From positions 1 through 42,621 of the forward strand of contig JAGBWW010000066.1 in NCBI GenBank assembly GCA_017629595.1: a stretch of DNA of 42,621 bases, written 5' to 3'. Shown here one piece after another: positions 1 through 9,476 of this stretch. The stretch comes from Clostridia bacterium. GTDB taxonomy: Bacteria; Bacillota; Clostridia; Christensenellales; CAG-314. Position numbers and translations under genes: made by a program. Each line of letters starts with the position of its first letter. Position 1 is the first letter of the stretch. The notes under the pieces were generated by a model that saw only the letters and a program-made list of their open reading frames with translations, ran no database searches and was not told where the DNA came from.

Positions 1-876
1 GGCCCTACGGGCAGTGGCAAAACGCTCCTTGCAAAAACCTTGTCGCAAATATTAAACGTACCTTTTGCCGTTGCAGATGCAACCACCTTGACGGAAGCCG
101 GTTACGTTGGCGACGACGTAGAAAACATTTTGCTCAAACTCATACAAAACGCTGACTATGACTTGGAAAGAGCTTCGCAAGGCATCATCTATTTGGACGA
201 AGTAGATAAAATTGCCAAGCGTGGACAAAACGCATCAATAACTCGTGACGTATCGGGCGAAGGGGTGCAACAAGCCTTGCTCAAAATTTTCGAAGGCACC
301 GTGGCAAGCGTACCTCCACAAGGTGGTCGCAAACATCCTCAAGGGGAAAATCTCAAAATTGATACCACCAACATTTTGTTCATTTGTGGTGGTGCTTTCG
401 TCGGTTTGGACAAAGTGATAGAAAAGCGACTTAACACAAGAAGTTTGGGTTTTGGCAACCAAATTGAAGGCAACGCCGACAAAACGGCAAGTCAATGTAT
501 TCCCCAAGACTTTGTCAATTTTGGGCTTATTCCCGAGTTTGTGGGACGCCTTCCCATTGTTGTTGGACTTTCTCCTTTGGACGAAGAAGCATTGATAAAG
601 ATACTTACAGAGCCCAAAAACGCCCTTGTAAAACAATACGAAAAACTGCTTAAAATGGACGGTGTAACGTTGACCTTTGAACAAGAAGCCTTGCGTGCCG
701 TTGCCAAAAAGACTTTGGAATTGGACACGGGCGCCAGGGGTTTAAGAGCCGTGTTGGAAAAGGTTATGTCAAACGTTATGTACGAAGCGCCGGAAGGCAA
801 AGGAGAAAAGAAAGTCAACATTGATGCAAAATGCATTGAAGGTCGTGCAAAACCCAACCTTGTTATGAGCAGTTAA
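1..876 (+). CDS. clpX: ATP-dependent Clp protease ATP-binding subunit ClpX (5' truncated by window edge)
   Basis: Frame is open from base 1: [11 protein letters not shown] (Walker A), IYLDEVDKI (Walker B), GYVGDDVE pore loop, [26 protein letters not shown] loop, GARGLR. Confidence 0.98.
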   Translation, partial: GPTGSGKTLLAKTLSQILNVPFAVADATTLTEAGYVGDDVENILLKLIQNADYDLERASQGIIYLDEVDKIAKRGQNASITRDVSGEGVQQALLKIFEGTVASVPPQGGRKHPQGENLKIDTTNILFICGGAFVGLDKVIEKRLNTRSLGFGNQIEGNADKTASQCIPQDFVNFGLIPEFVGRLPIVVGLSPLDEEALIKILTEPKNALVKQYEKLLKMDGVTLTFEQEALRAVAKKTLELDTGARGLRAVLEKVMSNVMYEAPEGKGEKKVNIDAKCIEGRAKPNLVMSS

Positions 877-890
877 TATTAAAATATTAG

Positions 891-919
891 TTGCTAAGGA
901 TAAATAAATATATTATAAT
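891..919 (+). promoter_or_regulatory. sigmaA-type promoter of lon
   Basis: TTGCTA (891-896), 17 nt, TATAAT (914-919); GAGGT RBS precedes TTG at 960. Confidence 0.6.
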
Positions 920-959
920 ATACGACAAGATACAAAAATAGATTAAGAGGTACCTTACA

Positions 960-3272
960 TTGGCAGATATTATACGTATACCTTTGTTGGCTTTGCGTGG
1001 AAACATCATTTTCCCCCACGTCAAAAGCCAAATAGAGGTAGCAAGAGACGTTTCTAAAACGGCAATAGAACAAGCAGTCAAAGAAAACAACCTTGTCTTT
1101 TTGGTAAGCCAATTAGACGGAGAAATGGAAAAACCCAAAGGTATGCAAGATTTTCACAAATGCGGTTCTTTGGCACAAATTCTTCAAGTTTTCCCCATTG
1201 ACAAAGACGTTATGTCGGTTATTGCAAAAACCTTTGCAGCAGCAAAGGTGCTTTCCGTTGAATTTGACGAAGCAGGTTGCTGGTATGCCGAAGTAGAAAC
1301 GATTGACTATCAAATAGAAAACGAAACCGAATGTGCTTTGCTTTACAAAAAGGCAACCGAATTGTTGGAACAATACGCTTCTATGAGCAAACGCGCCAAC
1401 AAAGACCTTGTCAAAAAAATTATCAACCAAGCACAAATGGACTATATAACTTTCGTTGACATTATCGGCAACGAAGTTGCTTTGCGTGCAAGCGACAGAC
1501 AAGACATCATTTCTTGCAACAGCGTTGATATGCGTTTGGAAATTCTTTGCAATTTGCTTTTGGCTGAACTTGAAATTGCAAAAGCAGAAAAACGTATTGC
1601 AAACAGAGTTAAAAAGCAAGTGGCAGATGGTCAAAAAGAGTATTATCTCAAAGAACAAATGCGCGCAATTTCGGCTGAATTGGGCGAAGACGAAAATGAA
1701 ATTCAAGAGTACGTAAAACGCATTGAATCGTGCAAAATGCCCAAAGATACCGAGAAAAAAGCCAAAAAAGAAATCAATCGTCTCAGCAAAATGGCACCTA
1801 CGTCACCGGACGCTGCCATCATAAGAAACTACGTTGATTGGCTTTGCGACATTCCTTGGTACAAAGAAACAAAAGACAATAAAAATTTAAATCGTGCAAG
1901 AAAAATTTTGGACGAAGACCACTATGGTTTGGACAAAATAAAAGAAAGAATTATTGAATTTTTGGCAGTAATGCAACTTACGGGCAAACTCAACGGCCCA
2001 ATTTTGTGTTTTGTCGGGCCTCCCGGAGTAGGTAAGACAAGTATCGTTCGTTCCATTGCTCGTTCTTTGAATAGACAATATTTGCGTGTTTCCTTGGGTG
2101 GCGTTTCGGATGAATCGGAAATTAGAGGTCACCGTCGTACTTACGTTGGGGCAATTCCCGGTAAAATTGCTTATATGATGAAACAAGCCGGTTGCGTCAA
2201 CCCCGTCATGTTGTTTGACGAAATTGACAAACTTGGCAAAGACCATCGTGGCGACCCCGCAGCAGCAATGTTGGAAGTTTTGGATCCCGAACAAAACAAA
2301 ACCTTTACCGACCACTTCTTGGAAGTTCCCTACGATTTGTCCAAAGTGTTGTTCGTATGCACGGCAAACACAACGGACGATATTCCTGCACCCTTGTTGG
2401 ACAGAATGGAAATCATTGAATTGTCCGGTTACACCGAAGAAGAAAAGGTGGAAATTGCACAAAAGTTTTTGTTGCCTAAAAACAAAGAAAAGCATGGTAT
2501 TCCCGAAAATGCTTTTGATTTGGACGAAAAAACAATTGCAAAAATCATTGAAAGATACACCCTTGAATCGGGCGTACGCAGTTTGGAAAGACAAATCGCC
2601 GCCGTCTGCCGAAAGGTTGCATTAAAGCTTGTCAGCAAACCCAATGAAGAAATCGTTGTAAATTGCGACAATCTCAACCAATATCTTGGCGTTGAACAAT
2701 ACGAAAAGGACGATCTCAACGTGGTGGACCAAGTCGGTACGGCAACTGGTCTTGCTTGGACAAGAGTTGGTGGCACGACACTCAACGTGGACGTCGCTTT
2801 GTTTGAAGGCAAAGGTGACGTTCAATTGACGGGTATGTTGGGCGACGTAATGAAAGAGTCGGCTCGTACGGCAATTTCATTGGTGCGCAGTTTGGCAAGT
2901 GAATATGGCATTGCTCAAGAAAGATTTGCCAAAACGGATATTCATATTCACGTACCCGAAGGAGCAATCCCCAAAGACGGCCCCAGCGCAGGTATAACGA
3001 TGGCAACGGTGGTGCTTTCAAGTTTTGCAAACGTCCCCGTATCAAGCAAAGTCGCCATGACGGGCGAAGTAACCTTGCGTGGTAAAGTTTTGCCCATCGG
3101 TGGACTTAAAGAAAAAGCAATGGCAGCATACCGTCAAGGCATAACCACCTTGATTGTTCCTAAAGAAAACAAAAAAGACTTACAAAATATTCCCAAAGAA
3201 ATCGTAGAAAAGATAAATTGGGTATTTGCAGACAACATTAAGACGGTGTTTGACAACGCCTTGGTAAAATGA
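960..3272 (+). CDS. lon: Lon protease (endopeptidase La)
   Basis: LON N-domain, [31 protein letters not shown], catalytic PKDGPSAG and PIGGLKEK. Confidence 0.98.
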   Translation: MADIIRIPLLALRGNIIFPHVKSQIEVARDVSKTAIEQAVKENNLVFLVSQLDGEMEKPKGMQDFHKCGSLAQILQVFPIDKDVMSVIAKTFAAAKVLSVEFDEAGCWYAEVETIDYQIENETECALLYKKATELLEQYASMSKRANKDLVKKIINQAQMDYITFVDIIGNEVALRASDRQDIISCNSVDMRLEILCNLLLAELEIAKAEKRIANRVKKQVADGQKEYYLKEQMRAISAELGEDENEIQEYVKRIESCKMPKDTEKKAKKEINRLSKMAPTSPDAAIIRNYVDWLCDIPWYKETKDNKNLNRARKILDEDHYGLDKIKERIIEFLAVMQLTGKLNGPILCFVGPPGVGKTSIVRSIARSLNRQYLRVSLGGVSDESEIRGHRRTYVGAIPGKIAYMMKQAGCVNPVMLFDEIDKLGKDHRGDPAAAMLEVLDPEQNKTFTDHFLEVPYDLSKVLFVCTANTTDDIPAPLLDRMEIIELSGYTEEEKVEIAQKFLLPKNKEKHGIPENAFDLDEKTIAKIIERYTLESGVRSLERQIAAVCRKVALKLVSKPNEEIVVNCDNLNQYLGVEQYEKDDLNVVDQVGTATGLAWTRVGGTTLNVDVALFEGKGDVQLTGMLGDVMKESARTAISLVRSLASEYGIAQERFAKTDIHIHVPEGAIPKDGPSAGITMATVVLSSFANVPVSSKVAMTGEVTLRGKVLPIGGLKEKAMAAYRQGITTLIVPKENKKDLQNIPKEIVEKINWVFADNIKTVFDNALVK

Positions 3273-3862
3273 AAATATTTTCCTCACAATACTTAAAAGG
3301 TGCAGCCAAATTTGAAGATTGCGTGGTGTTTGACGTAGATCAAATTGCCGTATGTGGCAAATCCAACGTTGGCAAAAGCAGTTTTATCAATACCCTTTGC
3401 GGAGATGGAAAACTTGCACGCACAGGCAAATTGCCCGGACGCACAAGATTGATAAACTATTTTATTATAAACGACAAAAAGCCCAACACTTTTGTGTTGT
3501 GCGATTTGCCGGGCTATGGATTTGCAAAAGTTTCTGATGCCGAAAAGCTGAAGTGGAGTGTTTTGATTGAAAAATACTTTGCATCCAACATGGCAAAACA
3601 CATTATGTTTTTGGTGGATATAAGACACTCTCCTACGAAAGAGGACCAACAAATGATGAAATATCTTTACGTCAACAACTGTCCTTTTACCGTGGTGGCA
3701 ACAAAAGCCGACAAAGTTTCCAAAAGCCAAGTCAAAAATCGTCTTCGTTCAATTGCCAACGAATTGGGCGTAGGTTTTGACAATATGATGGCTTTTTCTT
3801 CCTTAAACGGATTTGGCAAAGAACAACTTTTGGATAAAATTGAACAAATTTTGGCAATATAA
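3269..3862 (+). CDS. engB: Ribosome biogenesis GTPase YihA/YsxC
   Basis: GKSNVGKSS (G1), PGRT (G2), DLPGYG (G3), TKADK (G4); conserved clpX-lon-engB order; ATGA overlap with lon. Confidence 0.96.
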   Translation: MKIFSSQYLKGAAKFEDCVVFDVDQIAVCGKSNVGKSSFINTLCGDGKLARTGKLPGRTRLINYFIINDKKPNTFVLCDLPGYGFAKVSDAEKLKWSVLIEKYFASNMAKHIMFLVDIRHSPTKEDQQMMKYLYVNNCPFTVVATKADKVSKSQVKNRLRSIANELGVGFDNMMAFSSLNGFGKEQLLDKIEQILAI

Positions 3863-3872
3863 AAGCAGAATT

Positions 3873-3907
3873 AAAGAACGGCAAAATTCTTGCCGTTCTT
3901 TTTTTTT
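3873..3907 (+). terminator. Intrinsic terminator after engB
   Basis: AAAGAACGGCAA-aattc-TTGCCGTTCTTT followed by T run. Confidence 0.9.
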
Positions 3908-3910
3908 GTA

Positions 3911-3937
3911 ACGTTTTTCTTTTCGTAGCATACAATA
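3911..3937 (+). promoter_or_regulatory. Putative mother-cell sigmaK/sigmaE promoter
   Basis: AC (3911-3912), 16 nt, CATACAATA (3929-3937) fits the AC-N16-CATAnnnTA consensus. Confidence 0.6.
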
Positions 3938-3959
3938 ACTATTGAAAAAGGAGATTATT

Positions 3960-4586
3960 GTGGCCACAAACAATTTTGAACGAACAGGACAATGTCCCGA
4001 AAAAGTATGTATTCAAGCAAAGCGAGTGTTTGACGCGTGTATGAAACAGGTATCCTTGCAACAAATTGCAATTCAAGTAAGCGACGTAACACCTCCCAAT
4101 CCTACAACGCCTTTGCGTTTTGTTTCCAGCAGAAGTTCCTCAACAACGGGTACACTCACAAATTTGGTGGTGGAGCGTTTGCCTGAAAGACACAACTGTG
4201 GCAGAGTTCAAGCCGACTTAAACGTTCCGTTGGAATTTACCTATTTGGACGCCAACAACGTAGAAGGTACAGGTCAAGGCACGTTAGTTTTGCCTATTGA
4301 CGTAGTTATGTACTTGCCTGAACCTTCGGTAATTCCCTATCAAATTGAAGCGACCGTTTCGGCAATCAGCCCCGAAGGTGCGTATACGGGAACGGAAGTG
4401 ATTGATGACATTACCTATTACATATTTACGATTAACGTTTGTCTTACGGTAATTTTGAAGGTGACGATGGACGTTGCGTTGGTCGTATCAACCTTTGGCT
4501 ACGCCCAAATTCCCCCTAGCCAAGATTATACACAAGAAGTATGCTCAGGCTATTTTGAACTGCCATTGTACCCTCAAAACAGCTGA
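3960..4586 (+). CDS. Hypothetical protein, probably sporulation/spore-coat related
   Basis: AAGGAG RBS (3948-3953) favours GTG 3960 over TTG 3942. N-terminal EKVCIQAKRVFDAC motif, beta-rich body, C-terminal GYAQIP..C..YFELPLYP. Stand-alone unit with a sporulation-type promoter and its own terminator. Confidence 0.75.
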   Translation: MATNNFERTGQCPEKVCIQAKRVFDACMKQVSLQQIAIQVSDVTPPNPTTPLRFVSSRSSSTTGTLTNLVVERLPERHNCGRVQADLNVPLEFTYLDANNVEGTGQGTLVLPIDVVMYLPEPSVIPYQIEATVSAISPEGAYTGTEVIDDITYYIFTINVCLTVILKVTMDVALVVSTFGYAQIPPSQDYTQEVCSGYFELPLYPQNS

Positions 4587-4612
4587 AACAATCGAATTCA
4601 ATTTTGCCATTT

Positions 4613-4649
4613 CAACCACAAGCAAGATTTTGCTTGTGGTTGTTTTTTT
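4613..4649 (+). terminator. Intrinsic terminator
   Basis: CAACCACAAGCAA-gatt-TTGCTTGTGGTTG + T7. Confidence 0.92.
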
Positions 4650-4655
4650 ATGTTA

Positions 4656-4684
4656 TAGACAATGACGAAAAAATGTGTTAAACT
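4656..4684 (+). promoter_or_regulatory. sigmaA-type promoter, probably giving a leaderless mRNA
   Basis: TAGACA (4656-4661), 17 nt, TG-n-TAAACT (4679-4684); ATG follows 6 nt later with no SD. Confidence 0.6.
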
Positions 4685-4690
4685 AACAAT

Positions 4691-5395
4691 ATGAAAGTGT
4701 TTGCAATTTCCGATTTGCACCTTTCCACCACGGTAAACAAGCCAATGGACGTTTTTGGTGGAAGTTGGGACAACTATTTGGACGATATTTTTGAAGATTG
4801 GAACAACAAAGTCGCAGATGACGACGTCGTTTTGTTGTGCGGAGATTTTTCTTGGGCAATGCGTTTAGACGAAGTCAAAAGTGATTTTCAACTTATTTCC
4901 AAATTAAAGGGCAAAAAGGTTATTATTCGTGGCAACCACGATTATTGGTGGAATACCTATACGCAAGTAAAAAGTGTTTTGCCAAACAATTTTTACGCTT
5001 TGCAAAACAACGCTTTAAGAATTGGCAATCTTTTGCTTTGTGGCACTCGTGGATGGGTTTGTCCCCAAAACACGAAACTAAGTGAAGAAGACGAAAAAAT
5101 TTACAAACGTGAATTGGAACGTCTTGCTTTGTCATTGGCAGATATGCAAAAACAACGAAAACCAAGCGATACGGTCGTTGCCATGATGCACTTTCCGCCT
5201 TTCAACGCAAGGTACGAAGCAAGCGAATTCGTCACCAAGTTTGTCGAAAACGACGTTACCAAAGTGGTGTACGGGCATCTTCACGGAAAAGATTGCCGAG
5301 CCGAGTTGGAAGTGGAGCGCTATGGCATAACTTTCTATTTGACAAGTTGCGACTTGGCAAAAAATAAACTAGCCCTCATTGCTGAAATTGAATAA
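4691..5395 (+). CDS. Calcineurin-like metallophosphoesterase
   Basis: DLHLS, GDFSW, GNHDYW, HFPP and GHLH metallophosphoesterase motifs. Confidence 0.92.
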   Translation: MKVFAISDLHLSTTVNKPMDVFGGSWDNYLDDIFEDWNNKVADDDVVLLCGDFSWAMRLDEVKSDFQLISKLKGKKVIIRGNHDYWWNTYTQVKSVLPNNFYALQNNALRIGNLLLCGTRGWVCPQNTKLSEEDEKIYKRELERLALSLADMQKQRKPSDTVVAMMHFPPFNARYEASEFVTKFVENDVTKVVYGHLHGKDCRAELEVERYGITFYLTSCDLAKNKLALIAEIE

Positions 5396-5407
5396 AAATT
5401 TTCGTTT

Positions 5408-5437
5408 GCCTTTCCCATTTGGGAAAGGCTTTTTTTT
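5408..5437 (+). terminator. Intrinsic terminator
   Basis: GCCTTTCCCA-tt-TGGGAAAGGC + T8. Confidence 0.9.
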
Positions 5438-5612
5438 ATATAAAAAAATGGCAAAACAAGAGCAAATTTGCTTAAAAAGTGCCAATAAAAATTTAAAAAA
5501 ATATATAAAAAACGGCCAATTTCACGCAGTTTTTCAGCACTTTTGTTCTAAATATTTGTTCTAAAAAAGGTATTTTTTAATTATTTTTCAATATTTCTCC
5601 AACTTGAACATA

Positions 5613-5658
5613 AAAATGGTTTAAAAGGGTTGAAAATGGTTAATTTTTATGTTACAAT
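5613..5658 (+). promoter_or_regulatory. dcw promoter with three 10-bp-phased repeats (putative MraZ boxes)
   Basis: AAAATGGTT (5613), AAAAGGGTT (5623), AAAATGGTT (5633) overlap TTGAAA (5630-5635); 17 nt; TG-n-TACAAT (5653-5658). Confidence 0.7.
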
Positions 5659-5693
5659 GTTTGCACAAAAATAGAAGGAAAGGTGTTTTCCCA

Positions 5694-6137
5694 ATGTTAC
5701 TTTTAGGCACGTCCCAACAAAAGTTGGACGATAAAAACAGAATACGGCTCCCCGCCAAATTCCGTGAGCAAATGGGCGATCAATACGTTTTGACGCAGTT
5801 TGCTGGCGGTTGCATTGCCGTATATAGTCTTGCCGAAGGTAGCAAACTTATTGACCAAATTGTTTCGTGTGAATCTCTTTCTCCCGAAAGTGCCGAAATT
5901 GTAAGACAATTTACTGCAACAAGCGCAATGGTGGATGGCGATTCTCAAGGAAGATTTATGTTACCCGACAATCTTGTTCAATTTGCAAACATCACCAAAG
6001 ACGTGGTTGTTGTTGGAAGTATTTCAAAAGCCGAAATTTGGAGTTTGGAACGCTGGCAAGAAAGACACAGCAAAGTGGACAATTCGGTGGCAGGCTTCAA
6101 CGAAACTTTGAAAAAGTTAAATGAACTTTTGTCATAA
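5694..6137 (+). CDS. mraZ: Transcriptional regulator MraZ
   Basis: Two AbrB-like repeats with DxxxR motifs (DDKNRIRLPAKFR, DSQGRFMLP), EIWS; first gene of dcw; start moved to ATG 5694 after AAGGTG. Confidence 0.93.
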   Translation: MLLLGTSQQKLDDKNRIRLPAKFREQMGDQYVLTQFAGGCIAVYSLAEGSKLIDQIVSCESLSPESAEIVRQFTATSAMVDGDSQGRFMLPDNLVQFANITKDVVVVGSISKAEIWSLERWQERHSKVDNSVAGFNETLKKLNELLS

Positions 6138-7056
6138 ACCGATTATGTTGCAAGAGTGCATTGAGGCACTTCAAATAAAAAGCAACGGCATTTACGTGGA
6201 TTGTACGGCAGGTGGTGGCGGCCACAGTCAGCACATTCTTGAAAAACTTGGCAAAGACGGTACGTTGATTGATATTGACAAAGACCTAGATGCCATACAC
6301 ACGGTTACAGCAAAATTTAAAGATTTTCCCAACGTAAAAATCGTTCACAGTGATTTCAAACAATTTCAATCGGTTTTAAATCAATTGAACGTAGAAAAGG
6401 TTGACGGTGTTTTGATTGATTTGGGTGTAAGCTCCTATCAACTTGACACAGCCGAAAGAGGTTTCTCCTATATGGCAAGTGATGCGCCACTTGATATGCG
6501 TATGAATCGCCAACAAGAACTTACCGCTTTTGACGTCGTCAATGGATATTCAAAAGAAGACCTTATTTACGTCTTAAGAGAATACGGCGAAGAAAAGTTT
6601 GCATCCATAATTGCTTCAAACATAATTAAAGCAAGGGAAACGGAACCTATCTCCACTTGTGGACAGTTGGTTTCCATAATTGACCGTTCAATTCCCTTTA
6701 AGGCACAAAAACAAGGTAGTCACAACGCCAAAAAGACCTTTCAAGCTTTAAGAATTGAAGTGAACGGTGAACTAAGTGGCTTGAAAGAAGTTTTGCAAAC
6801 AATCATCTCCCATCTCAATCCAAACGGAAGATTGGTGGTGCTTACCTTTCACTCGTTGGAAGACCGAATTGTGAAACATCTTTTCAATTTCAACGCAACC
6901 GACTGCATTTGTGACAAATCGGTACCCATTTGTGTATGTGGTCACAAAGCAGAAATCAAATTGATAAACAAAAAACCCATTACGGCAACAGAAGAAGAAC
7001 AAAAGGAAAATAGTCGCAGTATTTGTGCAAAATTGCGAATTGTAGAAAAATTGTAA
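6121..7056 (+). CDS. rsmH: 16S rRNA m4C1402 methyltransferase RsmH
   Basis: HKPIML, DCTAGGGGHS, DLGVSSYQLD, ERGFSY, PLDMRM, FQALRIEVN, TFHSLEDRIVK. Confidence 0.97.
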   Translation: MNFCHKPIMLQECIEALQIKSNGIYVDCTAGGGGHSQHILEKLGKDGTLIDIDKDLDAIHTVTAKFKDFPNVKIVHSDFKQFQSVLNQLNVEKVDGVLIDLGVSSYQLDTAERGFSYMASDAPLDMRMNRQQELTAFDVVNGYSKEDLIYVLREYGEEKFASIIASNIIKARETEPISTCGQLVSIIDRSIPFKAQKQGSHNAKKTFQALRIEVNGELSGLKEVLQTIISHLNPNGRLVVLTFHSLEDRIVKHLFNFNATDCICDKSVPICVCGHKAEIKLINKKPITATEEEQKENSRSICAKLRIVEKL

Positions 7057-7080
7057 TAGCACGAAAAGTAGGTGAATACA

Positions 7081-7662
7081 ATGGAAACAAATACCAATTA
7101 CAATTACAATACCAATAATAACACAGCTTTGTTCAGTGAAGAACTTTCTTTAGAGGAAATGCAAACCAAGTTGTTCGGCAACAACATGACGGTATCTCAA
7201 CAAGAAACCGCTGAAACGGAACTCAACCCTGATTTGATGCCCAGTCAAAGCACAATGACAATGTCTTTCGTAAGAAATTATCAAGACAGCGTTGCTCCTG
7301 CAAAGGTTGAAATGACAAAGACGACGAAAATTGCCATTGCATCATACGTGGCAATCGTTTGTTTGCTCATTGTCGGTATTGCAGTATGTTCTTTCCTTGT
7401 TTCCAATTCTTATGCAGCACTTGTCGTTTCTCAAGGCGAATATGCAAGTCAACAAGAAACGTTGCAAGCAGTAGAAGAATCCATTGCCAATTTGACAGAT
7501 GAACAATTGGTTCAATTGGGTTTGTCCATGGGTTTTGTTCCCGTTGACGCAACAAACAGTTATACCTATGATTTGTTAGAAACCAGACCCGCACAAACTT
7601 TTGAAATTGAAAGTAACTGGTTTGATTCCGTGTGCGATTGGCTCAGCCAAATTTTCGGTTAA
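7081..7662 (+). CDS. Bitopic membrane protein at the ftsL position (FtsL-like, atypically long)
   Basis: AGGTGA RBS then ATG 7081; long cytoplasmic N-terminus, one TM (IAIASYVAIVCLLIVGIAV), short coiled coil, LSMGFV; lies between rsmH and the PBP. Confidence 0.6.
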   Translation: METNTNYNYNTNNNTALFSEELSLEEMQTKLFGNNMTVSQQETAETELNPDLMPSQSTMTMSFVRNYQDSVAPAKVEMTKTTKIAIASYVAIVCLLIVGIAVCSFLVSNSYAALVVSQGEYASQQETLQAVEESIANLTDEQLVQLGLSMGFVPVDATNSYTYDLLETRPAQTFEIESNWFDSVCDWLSQIFG

Positions 7663-7668
7663 TGTAAA

Positions 7669-9402
7669 TTGATTCAACAAAATTCCTATTATGTAACTAA
7701 AAAACGAATGTTGTCACTTATGGTGGCAACATTTTTTTTGTTGTTTGTTCTTTTTTGCCGATTATTTTATATACAAATAGTTTGGGGCAAAAATTTACAA
7801 ACAAAGGCAAGCGACCAATGGACGCGTGATTTAAATTTAACTGCTTTGCGTGGCGACGTTGTGGACAGAAACGGAGAGATTTTGGCAACGAGCAGTACCG
7901 TTTTCAACGTTTACGTGCGACCAAATGCAGTTAAAAACAAAGAAAACACGGCAAAAGTCCTTGCCGACGTTTTAGGTTTGAATTTTGACTTGATTTTGCA
8001 AAAGGTTACAAAAAAAGGTGTTTCCGAAGTGCTTATTGCACGAAAAATTCCCACCCTTGTTGTCAACATTTTGAAAGAAAAAGGCTTGACGGGGGTCTAT
8101 TTTGCCGAAGAAAGTTTTCGCGAGTATCCTTTTGGCGATTTTTTGACACAGGTTTTGGGTTACGTTTCGGTTGATGGTATTGGTCAAACGGGGTTGGAAG
8201 CCTATTATGACAAATATTTGCAAGGAATTGACGGAACACTTTTGACACAAACCGATTTGGTAGGTAAAGAATTGGATGGTGTTCAGTACTATTTGCCTAG
8301 TCAAAAGGGATTGACTGTTCAATTGACTATAGACAGTCGCATTCAAATGATTGTGGAAAACGTTTTGGATTTGGCAATGTATCAATATTCTCCCCAAAAG
8401 GCGGAGTGCATTGTTTTGGACGTTACCGACGGATCAATTTTGGCAATGAGTTCCAAACCAAGTTTTGATTTGAACAACGTTCCCCGTGACGACTTGCAAA
8501 AACTTGCAACCTATTCCAAAAACGTTTTATTGACCGACATATACGAGCCGGGGTCAACCTTCAAAGTTGTTACGGCAGCAGCATCATTGGAAGAAAATTT
8601 TTTGGGAAGGGGTGGTTTTGACGAAAACCACGTCTTTCACAACAATTCTCGCACTCGTGTGGTAGATGGCTCAAAAATAAGTTGTTGGTCAACACATGCC
8701 AACGGCAAACACTCCAATCAAAAATTGTCCGACGCATTAAACAACAGTTGCAACCCAATTTTCACTGATATTGCACTTTCTTTGGGAAAAAACACATTTT
8801 ATAAATATTTGGAAGCATTTGGTTTTGGCTCAAAGACAAACGTTGACTTTCAAGGAGAACAAAGTGGGTTGTTGATTGACCAAAGCCTTGTAAAAAACGC
8901 CGATTTAGCACGTATTGGATTTGGACAATCGGTAACCGTCACCCCTTTGCAATTATGTTTGGCAACGGCAGCGGCAGTAAACGGTGGAATTTTGTATCAA
9001 CCAAAATTGCTAAACAGCATTGTTGACCAATATTCAGGTGTGGTTTTGACAAATCCTAGCGTTATGAAAAATCGTGCAATTTCCGAAGATACAAGCAAAA
9101 AACTTGCTCAAATGTTGGAAGGTGTCGTATCAAACGGAAGTGGCAAACAAGCCTACGTAGAAGGATATAAAGTAGGTGGAAAAACAGGTACGGCCCAAAA
9201 ATTTGAAAACGGCAGTTTGGCAGTTGGAAAGTACGTTTCCTCATTTATTGGTTTTTTCCCTTCCAACAGTCCAAAATATTTGGTATTGATGCTTGTTGAC
9301 GAGCCTATTGGCCAAAACTATGGCTCGGTGGTGGCAGCACCTTACGCCAAGATGGTTATTGAAGGAATTATTGACGTTTACGACGTTGCGCCTCAAGAGT
9401 AA
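7669..9402 (+). CDS. spoVD: Class B penicillin-binding protein (SpoVD/FtsI), no PASTA tail
   Basis: N-terminal TM, RGDVVDRNG, REYP, GLEAYYD, EPGSTFK (SxxK), SCN (SxN), KTGTAQ; overall SpoVD-like. Confidence 0.85.
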   Translation: MIQQNSYYVTKKRMLSLMVATFFLLFVLFCRLFYIQIVWGKNLQTKASDQWTRDLNLTALRGDVVDRNGEILATSSTVFNVYVRPNAVKNKENTAKVLADVLGLNFDLILQKVTKKGVSEVLIARKIPTLVVNILKEKGLTGVYFAEESFREYPFGDFLTQVLGYVSVDGIGQTGLEAYYDKYLQGIDGTLLTQTDLVGKELDGVQYYLPSQKGLTVQLTIDSRIQMIVENVLDLAMYQYSPQKAECIVLDVTDGSILAMSSKPSFDLNNVPRDDLQKLATYSKNVLLTDIYEPGSTFKVVTAAASLEENFLGRGGFDENHVFHNNSRTRVVDGSKISCWSTHANGKHSNQKLSDALNNSCNPIFTDIALSLGKNTFYKYLEAFGFGSKTNVDFQGEQSGLLIDQSLVKNADLARIGFGQSVTVTPLQLCLATAAAVNGGILYQPKLLNSIVDQYSGVVLTNPSVMKNRAISEDTSKKLAQMLEGVVSNGSGKQAYVEGYKVGGKTGTAQKFENGSLAVGKYVSSFIGFFPSNSPKYLVLMLVDEPIGQNYGSVVAAPYAKMVIEGIIDVYDVAPQE

Positions 9403-9403
9403 A

Positions 9404-9466
9404 ACATAATAATTGAATTTGCAAAATAAAATAATTTGTACACGTTGTGTACAAGTTATTTTTTTT
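9404..9466 (+). promoter_or_regulatory. Terminator-like hairpin overlapped by a putative sigmaE promoter upstream of murE
   Basis: Hairpin AAAATAATTTGTACAC-gtt-GTGTACAAGTTATTTT + T run (9428-9466); ACATAAT (9404-9410), 14 nt, AATAAAAT (9425-9432). Confidence 0.5.
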
Positions 9467-9476
9467 GGAGACAAAA

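Noticed and set aside
5438-5600. Possible long hairpin/ncRNA or 61-aa ORF (5379-5564) upstream of mraZ
   Set aside because: Pairings (AAAAGTGC/GCACTTTT, GAGCAAAT/ATTTGTTC) are short and expected in an A-rich then T-rich spacer; the ORF crosses a terminator and has no RBS.
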